NCBI GenBank assembly: GCA_029262795.1
Contig: JAJCYT010000018.1
Location: 3,762 to 67,761 of the forward strand
Reading direction: 5' to 3'
Length of the DNA: 64,000 bases
DNA from: Candidatus Fraserbacteria bacterium
Lineage (GTDB): Bacteria > Bipolaricaulota > Bipolaricaulia > RBG-16-55-9 > JAJCYT01
Shown here: positions 9,296 through 20,559 of the stretch, in pieces
Layout: the number at the start of each line of letters is the position of its first letter
Position numbering within the stretch: the first letter of the stretch is position 1
Made by a program: the position numbers and the translations under genes
Notes under the pieces: generated by a model
The model's database searches: none
Told to the model about the DNA's origin: nothing
The model's input: the letters and a program-made list of their open reading frames with translations, nothing else

Positions 9296-10786
9296 TTAGA
9301 ATTTAAAGGTCAATTGGGCATTCAGGGAGCTGAGTCCGGTGTTGCTAAAACTCATTGAGCTGTTGATACCAAAGTTTGAAGTGATGTTGCCATTGACCGT
9401 GAAGGTGGTCGAATAGCTGCCAAAGCCACCTTTCGGGCCAGTGCCCGGGCTGCTGAACACCGCATTGGCAAACACAGACAAGCCCGACAGTGTGGTGGTC
9501 TGGAAACGGAAGCTGAGGCTATTAAGACCTGTGCTCGGCAAAAACACCACCGTGCTGGAAATCACCGAGCTGTCCAAACTAACCGACAGGGTAGAGGTGG
9601 TTGAGGTGATGCTAAATGATTCATCCATCGCAATGGACACTGTCAGTGGCGCACTGTTGATAAAAATGCTTGTCGATAAGGGGGCGAGGTTGACCACATC
9701 CTTCATGGTCAGGGTGATGGTGGCATTGACCATGTTGTCAAAAAAGCCGTGGCGCATGGTGATCGTTTCGGAGATCAATAATGGCGTCAACTCAAATTCG
9801 CTGCGGCTGCTGATGGTCAGGCTGCCGATGCGAATGTTGTCAATAAAAAGCTGTTCCACACACAAGGCCAGTGCATCTGCCTGGATGCCAGGGTTGTTGT
9901 TTTCGCACACCGATCCCAAGAACGTGGCTTTTTTGATCAGGCTGGGAATGTCAGGATCTGCCCCCAAACCAGTCACGCTGCGGAAACTGATACCACTGAC
10001 CGTTTGGCCAGAAACCGTGATGATGTTGCCAAAACGAAAATCCTGGAAACTGGTGCCATACGTTTGCACCGCAGACAAAAATGGATGGGTGAATTCGACG
10101 TCTTCAAAAATGGCCAGGTTGGTGATGTTAAAGCCAGCCAGGTTGATGTTGGTGGTAAAGCGTTTTTTCACAAACAGGGTCGGCCCGATAGGGCGCGTGA
10201 TGGGGCTGATGGCAAAGTCTGAGCCAAAAGGCGTGGCATCCAAACCGTTGGCCGTGCCATCGGCATCGATGTCTGGGTCCACTTCGTTGGGCACGCCATC
10301 ACCGTCGATGTCAGGCCGAATGAAGCCTTGGAATGAGCCAAAGGGTGTGGCATCGGCAAGATTGAGTATGCCGTCGCCGTCGATGTCGGTGTCCACAAAG
10401 TTCAGGGTGCCATCTGTGTCAATATCATCTGGGATCCCGTTGCTGAACGGGGTGGCAAACACGGATTCACTCCGCACGTTAAACGCACCTAGCTGGGTTT
10501 CGACGGTAAAAATGGAATGTTCGATGCCAGGCACCCCCAGCGCCAAGCGACTGCCAAAGGTGATGCCGGAGATGGTCCATTTGACATTGCTTAACACTTC
10601 AAAGTCGAGGTTAAACTCCACGGCTTCGGTTTGCGTGGCAATGGGCAGCATGCCCAACTGCAAAGTGACATCGCCTGTAACATCCGCTTGTGCCTGTGTC
10701 TGCCAGGCGGTCACGCACAGCAACACCACCATGAAAATCCCACACCAACGTTTCACCCAAGCCTCCTGTACCTGCATAAAGCGCAT
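9296..10786 (-). CDS. Outer-membrane-type surface protein with thrombospondin type-3 (Ca-binding) repeats; paralogue of 26338..27711
   Basis: Signal peptide ...VTAWQTQAQA/DVTG. Asp-rich repeats DTDGTLNFVDTDIDGDGILNLADATPFG..DIDGDGVPNEVDPDIDADGTANGLDATPFG. Ends in ...LTFKF (C-terminal Phe, beta-barrel-like). Motifs shared with the paralogue (ADVTG, TQTEAV.FN.D, NLAIFEDV.F, TVSGQTVSGI). Confidence 0.6.
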   Translation of the reverse strand: MRFMQVQEAWVKRWCGIFMVVLLCVTAWQTQAQADVTGDVTLQLGMLPIATQTEAVEFNLDFEVLSNVKWTISGITFGSRLALGVPGIEHSIFTVETQLGAFNVRSESVFATPFSNGIPDDIDTDGTLNFVDTDIDGDGILNLADATPFGSFQGFIRPDIDGDGVPNEVDPDIDADGTANGLDATPFGSDFAISPITRPIGPTLFVKKRFTTNINLAGFNITNLAIFEDVEFTHPFLSAVQTYGTSFQDFRFGNIITVSGQTVSGISFRSVTGLGADPDIPSLIKKATFLGSVCENNNPGIQADALALCVEQLFIDNIRIGSLTISSRSEFELTPLLISETITMRHGFFDNMVNATITLTMKDVVNLAPLSTSIFINSAPLTVSIAMDESFSITSTTSTLSVSLDSSVISSTVVFLPSTGLNSLSFRFQTTTLSGLSVFANAVFSSPGTGPKGGFGSYSTTFTVNGNITSNFGINSSMSFSNTGLSSLNAQLTFKF

Positions 10787-11078
10787 CTGTTCAGCGCTAG
10801 AGTACAACCCAGTGTATTGTCGTGGAGATCACAAAGAAGTGATTGAAATCACGCCAGAGGCGTTAAAATTGTCTGGTACATTACACATTGCAAAAGCCGG
10901 ACCCGACACTCAAACAAGCAGGCATTTGCAACAGCTCATAAACTTGCAAGCAATGATGACTTTGGTTAAGATACGCAGGCCTTTCGGGCATTCATCTTAT
11001 AGGTCTGATTTTCTGAGTGTTTTGGTGCAGCAATAGGGCCCTTGCAACACATGGATTTTCAGCCAAATTTGAACGTTT

Positions 11079-11163
11079 GGTGGGATACCGAAGCGGCCAA
11101 CCGGGGCGGACTGTAAATCCGCTGGCTACGCCTACGGGGGTTCGAATCCCTCTCCCACCACCA
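11079..11163 (+). tRNA. tRNA-Tyr (GTA), long variable arm, CCA encoded
   Basis: GGTGGGA acceptor stem. Anticodon loop CTGTAAA. T-loop GGTTCGAATCC. 3' end TCCCACC-A-CCA. Confidence 0.9.
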
Positions 11164-11266
11164 GCGTGGTTTTTGTTTGACAGAGGCCAATGGCTTGAGT
11201 AAACTATCACGCGCCAAATTTAGGGACGGTTTGCTCATTCTTGAAAACGTATACCTGGGGCTTTAC

Positions 11267-11342
11267 GCCCGCGTAGCTCAGTCGGTAGAGCGTTACCTTG
11301 GTAAGGTAAAGGTCAGCGGTTCAAATCCGCTCGCGGGCTCCA
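11267..11342 (+). tRNA. tRNA-Thr (GGT), CCA encoded
   Basis: GCCCGCG acceptor. D-arm GCTCAGTCGGTAGAGC. Anticodon loop TTGGTAA. T-arm GGTTCAAATCC. Confidence 0.9.
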
Positions 11343-11456
11343 AAACCAGGTAAGGGAGTTGCCAAGAATCTGTTCAAGCACCCACACAAATAATTTTAAA
11401 GTGCGGCTGAAATGCCGACAGAGATTTCACTCGAACATTTTTCAGGAGGTCGAGTA

Positions 11457-12662
<1,206 letters not shown>

Positions 12663-12704
12663 GATTTCCTGGAAGCATCATTGAACTGAAAAAGCAAAAG
12701 ATTT

Positions 12705-12739
12705 CAGACTGCGTGGATCATTTTGATTCACGCAGTCTG
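12705..12739 (+). promoter_or_regulatory. Strong stem-loop (about 16 bp stem, 1 mismatch) between tuf and tRNA-Trp; terminator/processing signal lacking a U-tract
   Basis: cagactgcgtggatca-tttt-tgattcacgcagtctg. Confidence 0.4.
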
Positions 12740-12750
12740 AAGTTGCATCT

Positions 12751-12826
12751 AGGTCCGTAGCTCAATTGGCAGAGCACTGGTCTCCAAAACCAGGGGTTGG
12801 GGGTTCAAGTCCTCCCGGGCCTGCCA
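12751..12826 (+). tRNA. tRNA-Trp (CCA), CCA encoded
   Basis: AGGTCCG acceptor. Anticodon loop CTCCAAA. T-arm GGTTCAAGTCC. Conserved tuf-tRNATrp-secE-nusG context. Confidence 0.9.
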
Positions 12827-12855
12827 GATTGATAGGCAGCATAAATAGGAGAATT

Positions 12856-13041
12856 ATGGACACTGTAAAACGTTTTTTGTGGGATGTGTGGGGCGAGATG
12901 AAAAAGGTCAGTTGGCCCAGCCGCGCTGAAACCATCGCCTTGACCATTATGGTGATGTTTTTGCTGGTATTATTGACGCTTTACATCGGTTTTGTGGATT
13001 TTATCTTTCAAACAACGATAGGTATCTTGCTCAATCGTTAA
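12856..13041 (+). CDS. secE: Preprotein translocase subunit SecE
   Basis: 61 aa, single C-terminal TM (IALTIMVMFLLVLLTLYIGFVDF). AGGAG RBS. The ORF track's upstream extension overlaps tRNA-Trp and is rejected. Confidence 0.85.
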   Translation: MDTVKRFLWDVWGEMKKVSWPSRAETIALTIMVMFLLVLLTLYIGFVDFIFQTTIGILLNR

Positions 13042-13057
13042 ACTGTCACCAAAGAGG

Positions 13058-14176
13058 TTGACCTTGAAGAAGTGGTACGCAGTACAAACATATGCTGGTA
13101 GTGAACTCAAAGTGGCTGAGCAACTTGAGGAGCGCGTTTTAGAATACGAGCTGCAAAAATGGGTTGCTGAATTTAAAAACAATGACGAAGGTGCACGCTT
13201 TTTGGTGCCTGTGGAGGAAGTAATCACCTCCAAAAGTCGCCGTGGTCAACCTGGCGATTTGCGTGTACCTTACTATAGTTCCGACCAGCCTGGTTTGGGC
13301 GAAAAGTACGAAGTCAAGGTGGACGGCAACAAGCGTGTTACGCGCGGTGATGTGGTGGCAATCAAGGCCAAACGCTACATGACGTTTGATGCCAAAATTA
13401 CCGAGATCGAATCGTTGCAGCGCGTGGTGATTGAGTTAAATAACCGCAATGAAGAAACATACTTGATTCCTCAGGACAGCCGCATCCGCCGAGATATCCG
13501 TGTGGGCGAGCGTGTGCTTAGCGGCGTGCCTTTAACCGCCGACAGCGACCCGCGCTACATGCTGAAAAATCGCGGCAAAGTGGTGGTGCGTGACCGCGTC
13601 AAACGATTGACGTTTGAACGCGCAGAAGGCGAACCGGTCATAGAAGTGATTCCTGATCGTTTTTTAGTCAAGATCAAAGAAGGCCAACGCCTTAAAGAAG
13701 GCGACCTGCTGGAGCGCGAAGATAAAATTACCAGCCGCGCCACCGGCATGATCAGAATTAAAGAATACAAAGACAAACGTGTGGTCACGGTGCAGCGCAT
13801 TGAAAAGCGCCGCTTGTTCCCAGGCTACTTGTTTGTCCGCATGGACATGAATTCGGAATCGGCCAAGATTGTTGATGGTGACATTAAGTGTCGTTTTGTC
13901 GGCGATCCACCTGTGCCCATTCGCGAAGAAGAGATGAAGGTGGTCAAACGCAAGTTTGGTTTGGCCGAAACCCCCACGGTCAAGCGAGATCGGCCAAAGA
14001 TCGAGGTCGATTTCAACATGGGCGAAGTGGTCGAGATCATCGAAGGCCCATTTGCCGACTTTACGGGCGAAATCACCAAAATTGATAAAGACCATGAAGA
14101 ACTGACTGTGGTCGTGAAAATCTTTGGCCGCGAAACACCGGTAACCCTGGGGTTTGAAGGCGTGGAAAAACTGTAA
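13058..14176 (+). CDS. nusG: Transcription antitermination factor NusG with large (about 200+ aa) insertion in the NGN domain
   Basis: N-terminal KKWYAVQTYAGSELKV. Resumes at RLFPGYLFVRMD. C-terminal KOW domain GEVVEIIEGPFADFTGEITKIDKDHEELTVVVKIFGRETPV. TTG start with AAGAGG RBS. Confidence 0.85.
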   Translation: MTLKKWYAVQTYAGSELKVAEQLEERVLEYELQKWVAEFKNNDEGARFLVPVEEVITSKSRRGQPGDLRVPYYSSDQPGLGEKYEVKVDGNKRVTRGDVVAIKAKRYMTFDAKITEIESLQRVVIELNNRNEETYLIPQDSRIRRDIRVGERVLSGVPLTADSDPRYMLKNRGKVVVRDRVKRLTFERAEGEPVIEVIPDRFLVKIKEGQRLKEGDLLEREDKITSRATGMIRIKEYKDKRVVTVQRIEKRRLFPGYLFVRMDMNSESAKIVDGDIKCRFVGDPPVPIREEEMKVVKRKFGLAETPTVKRDRPKIEVDFNMGEVVEIIEGPFADFTGEITKIDKDHEELTVVVKIFGRETPVTLGFEGVEKL

Positions 14177-14193
14177 GTTGAGCGAGGTAATTT

Positions 14194-14625
14194 ATGGCAG
14201 GAAAACCAGTCGAAGCAATCATTAAACTTCAGATCCCGGCAGGGGGCGCAACGCCCGCACCACCGGTGGGTCCGGTGCTCGGTGAGCACAAGGTCAACAT
14301 CATGGATTTTTGCAAAAAATTCAATGACATGACCAAAGAGCTGGAACAGGGTATGGTCATTCCAGTGGCTATTTCCGTTTATCCAGACAAGAGTTTTGAC
14401 CTGGAACTGAAGCAGCCGCCTGCATCCGCTTTGTTGAAAAAAGCGGCGGGTTTGCAAAAGGGTTCTGGCGAAGCCAACCGACTCAAAGTGGGTCGCATCA
14501 ACCGCGATCAATTGCAAAAAGTGGCCGAAACCAAAATGCCGGATCTCAATGCCAACGATATTGATGCCGCGATGAAAATCATCGAAGGCACGGCGCGCAA
14601 CATGGGCATTGAAGTGGTTGATTAA
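14194..14625 (+). CDS. rplK: 50S ribosomal protein L11
   Basis: [44 protein letters not shown]. Confidence 0.95.
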   Translation: MAGKPVEAIIKLQIPAGGATPAPPVGPVLGEHKVNIMDFCKKFNDMTKELEQGMVIPVAISVYPDKSFDLELKQPPASALLKKAAGLQKGSGEANRLKVGRINRDQLQKVAETKMPDLNANDIDAAMKIIEGTARNMGIEVVD

Positions 14626-14639
14626 TTCAGGAGTTTTTT

Positions 14640-15344
14640 ATGGTAAATGGAAAAAGACAAGCAGCCCTGCTGGAAAAAGTGGACCGAGACAAATTTTACA
14701 CCACTGAAGAAGCAGTGGCTTTGCTCAGAGAAAGCAAAACAGCAAAGTTTGAAGAATCTGCTGATGTGGTGTTCAAATTGGGCTTAGACCCCAAGCATAA
14801 TGAAAACCGCATCCGCAGTACGGTGGTATTGCCCAACGGGCGCGGCAAAACCGAAATTATTTTGGTGATTGCCCAGGGCGATAAAGCCAAGGAAGCCGAA
14901 GCGGCGGGCGCCGACTTTGTGGGCGCTGAAGACATGATCGAAAAAGTCTCTGGCGGCTGGCTGGATTTTGACCGCATGATTGCCACGCCTGATATGATGG
15001 CTGTCGTCAGTAAACTCGGCCGTGTATTGGGTCCGCGTGGTCTGATGCCCAGCCCAAAAAGTGGCACGGTGACCATGGATATTGGTGACGCCGTCAAGGA
15101 ATTTAAGGCAGGTAAAATTGAATTCCGCTTGGATGAATACGGCAATGTTCATGCACCATTTGGCCTGGCTTCATTTGAAGCAGGCGATCTAAAACAAAAT
15201 TTGTTGGCGCTAACCAGTGCCGTTGTGAGCGCAAAACCTGAAGGCGCCAAAGGAAAATATATTAAAGGGGTCAGCATTTCAGCAACCATGGGGCCAGGCA
15301 TCAAGCTGGACCAGGATGAGTTGTTGTCTCAGGCCTCGGCCTAA
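14640..15344 (+). CDS. rplA: 50S ribosomal protein L1
   Basis: L1 family sequence. 14-nt spacer after rplK. Confidence 0.95.
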   Translation: MVNGKRQAALLEKVDRDKFYTTEEAVALLRESKTAKFEESADVVFKLGLDPKHNENRIRSTVVLPNGRGKTEIILVIAQGDKAKEAEAAGADFVGAEDMIEKVSGGWLDFDRMIATPDMMAVVSKLGRVLGPRGLMPSPKSGTVTMDIGDAVKEFKAGKIEFRLDEYGNVHAPFGLASFEAGDLKQNLLALTSAVVSAKPEGAKGKYIKGVSISATMGPGIKLDQDELLSQASA

Positions 15345-15363
15345 TGCGATCAAGGAGTGCGAA

Positions 15364-15876
15364 ATGCCAACCGCAAAAAAAGAAAATGAAGTTGCGCTGC
15401 TTGAAGAAAAACTAAAAAGCGCCAGCGGCGTGGTCATCACAGACTATATTGGGATGAACGCCCAGGAAATGTGGGAAATGCGAAAGGAACTCCACGAACA
15501 AGGGTTGGAGTTTCGCATCGTGAAAAACCGTTTGGCCCGAATTGCCGCAGAACGGGCTGGTGTCGAAATTGGCAGCTATATTGAAGGGCCAACCGGCATT
15601 TGCTTTGGCTACGACGATCCGGCTGTGCCTTTTAAGGCGACCAGCAAATTGTCGAAAAGGTTTAAGCAGTGCAAGCTCAACGGTGGTGTCTTTGATGGCA
15701 TGGCTATTCCCAAAGAAGAAGTGTCACGCTATGCCAACTTGCCAACCAAGGAAGAAGCCTTGAGCAAATTGGCAGCCGTGTTCCAGGCACCTGCGCAGAA
15801 ATTGGCCGTGGCACTGGCTGGCAATGCACGCAACCTGGCCGTGGTGTTGGGTGAAGTGGCAAAAACGAAAGAATAG
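15364..15876 (+). CDS. rplJ: 50S ribosomal protein L10
   Basis: MPTAKKENEVALLEEKL... AAGGAG RBS. The ORF track's upstream extension is rejected. Confidence 0.9.
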   Translation: MPTAKKENEVALLEEKLKSASGVVITDYIGMNAQEMWEMRKELHEQGLEFRIVKNRLARIAAERAGVEIGSYIEGPTGICFGYDDPAVPFKATSKLSKRFKQCKLNGGVFDGMAIPKEEVSRYANLPTKEEALSKLAAVFQAPAQKLAVALAGNARNLAVVLGEVAKTKE

Positions 15877-15927
15877 ATTCTTTAACAAATAAAGATTTTA
15901 AGAAATTTGCAAGGAGGCTTGTTTATC

Positions 15928-16392
15928 ATGGCTGAAGAAAAAGAAGTTCAGGAAACAGAGGCAACTGAAGCAGCACCAGAGGCTGCAGAATCCAACGGTG
16001 GGGCGAAGCCTCAGTCCGGTAAATTTGAAGACTTGTTGGCAAAAATCGATGAAATGACCGTCCGCGATTTGGTGGACCTGGTTGAAGACATCGAAAACCG
16101 CTACAACGTCAGTGCCAGTGCAGCCGCAGTGGCTGTGGCCGCACCTGCAGCAGGCGGCGATGGTGGCGGCGATGCGGCCAGCAGCACGGTCAGTGTGATC
16201 TTGAAATCTGCAGGCCAGCAGAAAGTTCAGGTCATCAAAAAGGTCAAAGAATTGACTGGTAAAGGTTTGAAAGAAAGCAAAGAGTTGGTGGATGGCGCTC
16301 CCAGTCCCGTTAAAGAAAACGTGGATATGGACGAAGCCAACACCATCAAAGCGCAGCTGGAAGAAGTTGGCGCTGAAGTTGAACTTAAATAA
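15928..16392 (+). CDS. rplL: 50S ribosomal protein L7/L12 (extended Ala/Gly-rich hinge)
   Basis: MAEEKEVQ... C-terminal VIKKVKELTGKGLKESKELVDGAP...EAEVELK. AAGGAGG RBS. Confidence 0.9.
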   Translation: MAEEKEVQETEATEAAPEAAESNGGAKPQSGKFEDLLAKIDEMTVRDLVDLVEDIENRYNVSASAAAVAVAAPAAGGDGGGDAASSTVSVILKSAGQQKVQVIKKVKELTGKGLKESKELVDGAPSPVKENVDMDEANTIKAQLEEVGAEVELK

Positions 16393-16409
16393 AACAATCG
16401 CAGTTGATT

Positions 16410-16530
16410 TTGCCTCCCCACTGGCCGCTTTGGTCGGTGGGGGCGCACTCTTTTAGTTGGAGATAAGAAGCCGAAGATCGGAAACGAAACGTTGTCCGAC
16501 TTTCGGCTTTTGATCTCCTTTTTTGCATTT
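16410..16530 (+). terminator. rplL-rpoB intergenic attenuator/terminator (two hairpins, second followed by a T-tract)
   Basis: Hairpin ccccactggcc...ggtcggtgggg. Hairpin agccgaa...ttcggct followed by tttgatctccttttttg. Confidence 0.45.
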
Positions 16531-16544
16531 GTGAGAGGAGAACC

Positions 16545-19500
16545 ATGCGCCAGCGACACTCTTACGGAAAAGTCGTACCTGCATTGGAGTTGCCTTATTT
16601 GTTGGAAGATCAGCGAAAGTCATTCGACTGGTTTGTAGAGAAGGGGATCGTAGAGTTGCTGGAGGAAGTGTCTCCAGTTCAAAACGACAACCGCCCGGAA
16701 CTCACCCTGGAAATCACAAACCCTCGCTTTGAAGATCCTCACAACACCGAGCAGAGCTGTAAGGACAAAAACCTCACCTTTGCCGCCCCGTTGCGGGTTC
16801 AAGGCAAATTGGTGTTGGAAGGCAAAGTGATCAAGGAAGACGATCTGTTTTTGGTGGACATTCCCAAAATCACCGACCGTGGCACCTTTATCATCAATGG
16901 CTCAGAAAATGCCATTGTCAACCACCTGACACGTTCTCCTGGGGTTTATTTCACCCTGGAGTCCCAAACCCCAAAGGGCAAAGAATATCGCGCCCACATC
17001 CTGCCCGATGACGGCGCTTGGCTGGAAATTATCTTGGATACCGCACGCGGCCAGGTGTATGCCAACTTGGATCGAAAAGGCAAAATTCCCGTCACCGTGC
17101 TGCTTAAGGCATTGGGACTGAAGCACGAAGAAATTTTGGGCCGCTACAGCGTCGAAGTGCCTGTGGATATGCTCGAAGCCAACCTGGGGCGCATGGTGAG
17201 CGAAGATATAAAGGCTGGCAAAAACATCGTGCTCAAAGCCGGTGAACTCCTGGATGACAAAGCCATTGAAGAAATTTCTAAAACAAAAGCCGCGCAAATT
17301 AAACTGGTCAACCCTTTTGTGCAGGACAGCTTCAAAAACGATCCCTGCAAGAGCCGCGAAGACGCCATCATGCTGGTCTATCGCAAACTGCGAAGTGGGG
17401 ATCGCTTTACCCAACAACAGGCAGAAGATTTTTTCAACAAGCTTTATTTTTCTGAAGAAAGCTATAACCTGTCACGCGTTGGACGCTTTATGTTCAACAA
17501 AAAGCTGGGCACCAAAGGCCAGGGCACTGCGCTGCAGGAGCAGGAAATCATCCTTATTATTGATCGCCTGCTGCAGGTGCTGGATGTGCCTGAACTGGTT
17601 GATGACAAAGACCACTTGGCCAACAAGCGCGTCAAGCTCCCAGGTGAAGTGGCCTGGGATTCGCTGCGCTCCGGCTTACAGCGCATGGCAAAAATCACCA
17701 AAGACCGTTTGGGCAAACTAAATCTGGAAGAAGATGAAGTGTCTTTGCGTGCTTTGATTTCCTCAAGGGCTGTGCAAAGTGCCATTAGTAAACTGTTCTA
17801 TGTTGGCCGTTTGAGTCAGTTCCTGGAGCAAATCAATCCATTGGCAGAACTGACGCACAAACGCCGACTCAGCGCGCTGACCAGTGGTTCGGCCAGCAAC
17901 CGTCGCCGCGCCAAAATCGAAGTGCGCGACGTTCACGCATCACATTATGGCCGCATCTGTCCCATTGAAACCCCGGAAGGCCAGAACATTGGCTTGATCA
18001 CTTCGCTGGCAACGTATGCGCGGCTGAATGAGTACGGTTTTTTAGAATCGCCATACCGGCGGGTTAAAAAGGGCAAACTATTGGATGAAGTCGTTTACCT
18101 GATGGCCGATGAAGAAGAACAATATAAACTGGCCAGTATTTTGACCCCTACGGACGAGAAGGGCAACCTTCTGCCCGATCAGGTTGAAATTCGCACAGGC
18201 AAAGAAAACATCCGCTACGTGCCAAAAGACCAGGTGGATTTTGTCGAAGTGGCGCCCACCGAACTTGTGGGCGTGTCAGCCAGTTTGATTCCATTTTTGG
18301 AACACGACGACTCCAACCGGGCCTTGATGGGCACCAACATGCAACGCCAGGCTGTGCCTTTGCTCAAGCCCAAAGCCCCTTACGTGGGCACGGGCATGGA
18401 AGGCCGTGTCGCCAAAGACTCCGGCTTAATGGTATTGGCCAAAGAGGACGGCGAAGTCGTAAAGGTTGACGCTTCGCATGTGGTGATCAAGAGCAAGAAA
18501 AAAGAACATGAATATCAACTGACCACCTTTGAGCGCACCAACCAGAACACCGCCCTGCACCAAAAACCCATCGTTGAATTGGGACAGAAAGTACAAGCTG
18601 GCGACGTGTTGGCCGATGGCCCCGCCACCGATTTTGGCGAACTGGCCCTGGGCACCAATATTATGGTCGGCTTTTTGCCGTTTGAAGGTTACAATTACGA
18701 AGACGCCATCCTCATTTCTGAACGTCTGGTCAAAGAAGATGTGCTCGACTCACTGCACATCCACGAAATTGAGGTGCGCGCCGAAGAAACCAAGCTCGGT
18801 CCCGAAGAAATCACCGCCGATATTCCTGACATCACCAAAGAGGAGCTTCGCAACCTCGATGACAGTGGCGTGATTCGTGTGGGCACCGACATCAAAGTGG
18901 GCGACATTCTCGTGGGCAAAATCACCCCGCGCGGCGAAAGTGAACCCACACCGGAAGAACGCATCTTCCGCTCCATCTTTGGTGAACGCTCTCGAAACGT
19001 GAAAAACACTTCCAAACGCTTGTCTCCTTCTGTAGGTGAGCGCGGCAAAGTGATTCGTGTCAAGAAGTTTTCCAGAAACAACAACGATGAACTGGAAGCC
19101 GGCGTCAATGAGCTTGTAAAGGTCTATATTGCTCAGCGCAAAAAGATCTCTATCGGCGACAAGCTGGCAGGCCGCCACGGCAACAAAGGCGTCATCTCAC
19201 GCATCATGCCTGAAGAAGACATGCCTTTCCTGCCGGATGGCACACCGTTGGACATGGTGCTCAACCCGCTTGGGGTGCCTTCGCGCATGAACCTGGGCCA
19301 GGTGTTTGAACTGCACCTTGGCTGGCTGGCTTCACTCAAAGGGTCCAATGCCGCCACCCCAGTGTTTGATGGCGCCAAGGAGGAAGCGCTCTTTAACGAG
19401 CTGCACGAACTTCGTGAACAGCATGGCCTGGCAGAAGGCGATGGCCAGGACAACACCGAAGGCGTTCCTGATGGCAAGGTGCTGCTGCGCGACGGTCGCA

Positions 19501-19904
19501 CAGGCAAAGCGTTTGAACACCCTGTGACCATCGGCTTTATGTACATGCTCAAACTGGAACATATTGCGGATGAAAAGATTCACGCACGTTCCATTGGTCC
19601 ATACAGTTTAATCACGCAACAGCCGTTGGGTGGTAAAGCGCAACGCGGCGGTCAACGCCTGGGTGAAATGGAAGTGTGGGCGCTTGAGGCTTACGGCGCA
19701 GCTCACATCCTGCAGGAAATGTTAACCGTCAAGAGTGATGACACCCGCGGGCGCGTACAACTTTACAAATCCATCCTGAAGGGCGAGGACTTCCCACGCA
19801 TGGGGCTGCCCGAATCCTTTAAGGTGCTGGTCAAGGAGTTGCGCAGCTTGGGCCTCAGCGTCAAAGCCTACGACGACGACGACCGCGAATTGGACATTGA
19901 ATAA
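16545..19904 (+). CDS. rpoB: DNA-directed RNA polymerase subunit beta
   Basis: 1119 aa. Conserved RpoB blocks (GRYKVNKKLG-like and NMQRQAVPL). GAGAGGAG RBS. Confidence 0.97.
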   Translation: MRQRHSYGKVVPALELPYLLEDQRKSFDWFVEKGIVELLEEVSPVQNDNRPELTLEITNPRFEDPHNTEQSCKDKNLTFAAPLRVQGKLVLEGKVIKEDDLFLVDIPKITDRGTFIINGSENAIVNHLTRSPGVYFTLESQTPKGKEYRAHILPDDGAWLEIILDTARGQVYANLDRKGKIPVTVLLKALGLKHEEILGRYSVEVPVDMLEANLGRMVSEDIKAGKNIVLKAGELLDDKAIEEISKTKAAQIKLVNPFVQDSFKNDPCKSREDAIMLVYRKLRSGDRFTQQQAEDFFNKLYFSEESYNLSRVGRFMFNKKLGTKGQGTALQEQEIILIIDRLLQVLDVPELVDDKDHLANKRVKLPGEVAWDSLRSGLQRMAKITKDRLGKLNLEEDEVSLRALISSRAVQSAISKLFYVGRLSQFLEQINPLAELTHKRRLSALTSGSASNRRRAKIEVRDVHASHYGRICPIETPEGQNIGLITSLATYARLNEYGFLESPYRRVKKGKLLDEVVYLMADEEEQYKLASILTPTDEKGNLLPDQVEIRTGKENIRYVPKDQVDFVEVAPTELVGVSASLIPFLEHDDSNRALMGTNMQRQAVPLLKPKAPYVGTGMEGRVAKDSGLMVLAKEDGEVVKVDASHVVIKSKKKEHEYQLTTFERTNQNTALHQKPIVELGQKVQAGDVLADGPATDFGELALGTNIMVGFLPFEGYNYEDAILISERLVKEDVLDSLHIHEIEVRAEETKLGPEEITADIPDITKEELRNLDDSGVIRVGTDIKVGDILVGKITPRGESEPTPEERIFRSIFGERSRNVKNTSKRLSPSVGERGKVIRVKKFSRNNNDELEAGVNELVKVYIAQRKKISIGDKLAGRHGNKGVISRIMPEEDMPFLPDGTPLDMVLNPLGVPSRMNLGQVFELHLGWLASLKGSNAATPVFDGAKEEALFNELHELREQHGLAEGDGQDNTEGVPDGKVLLRDGRTGKAFEHPVTIGFMYMLKLEHIADEKIHARSIGPYSLITQQPLGGKAQRGGQRLGEMEVWALEAYGAAHILQEMLTVKSDDTRGRVQLYKSILKGEDFPRMGLPESFKVLVKELRSLGLSVKAYDDDDRELDIE

Positions 19905-20340
19905 CAACAAAAGCATCATTTCAAAACGGTCTGCGGGCGTGATTGTGTATCATGCCGCAGACCGTTTTTTGATTGAATATCTGTTGCTGAAACACACCCA
20001 TGGCAACCACTGGAGCTTTCCCAAAGGCACGGTGGAAGCTGATGAAAGTGATTGGCAAACTGCAGTTCGCGAACTGCAAGAGGAAACCGGCATCGACACC
20101 TTTGAAAAACAGCCGGATTTTGCCGAGGAACTTTTTTATCAGTTTGAGCGTGATGGTGCCATCATTGATAAATCGGTCATTTATTTTCTGGGCCAAGTGC
20201 CCAATCAAATCGTCACAATTTCTGAGGAACACACCGAATTTGTCTGGCTTCCCTATGCTCAAGCGCGCCCACAATTGACCCATGACAACGGTCGTTTGAT
20301 GTTGGATAAGGCCCACCAGTATTTGACCCAATCCAAGTAA
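19897..20340 (+). CDS. NUDIX hydrolase
   Basis: Nudix box GTVEADESDWQTAVRELQEETGI (GX5EX7REUXEEXGU). TTG start overlaps the rpoB stop by 8 nt. Confidence 0.8.
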   Translation: MNNNKSIISKRSAGVIVYHAADRFLIEYLLLKHTHGNHWSFPKGTVEADESDWQTAVRELQEETGIDTFEKQPDFAEELFYQFERDGAIIDKSVIYFLGQVPNQIVTISEEHTEFVWLPYAQARPQLTHDNGRLMLDKAHQYLTQSK

Positions 20341-20559
20341 AACACTCTATTTGTTTGATTATCAAGAAAAATTGATTGACCGAGGCATTTCTTGTTGATA
20401 TTCACGGCATATTTATGGATTTTTGTCTAAACAAAACGATCTTCTTTTTATCAAGCCTATTACAAATTGATGTTCAAAAACTCCCAAAAAATTCACCATG
20501 AATTCCCAATGAAAGAAAAATACTTCAAACCAGAACCAACATCGATATCCGGCGGTCGC

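Noticed and set aside
10992-11210. Small ORFs overlapping tRNA-Tyr on both strands
   Set aside because: They coincide with a confidently folded tRNA. They are translation artefacts of structured RNA.
12766-12855. N-terminal extension of the secE ORF in the track
   Set aside because: The extension overlaps tRNA-Trp. The true start is ATG 12856 with an AGGAG RBS, giving a canonical 61-aa SecE.
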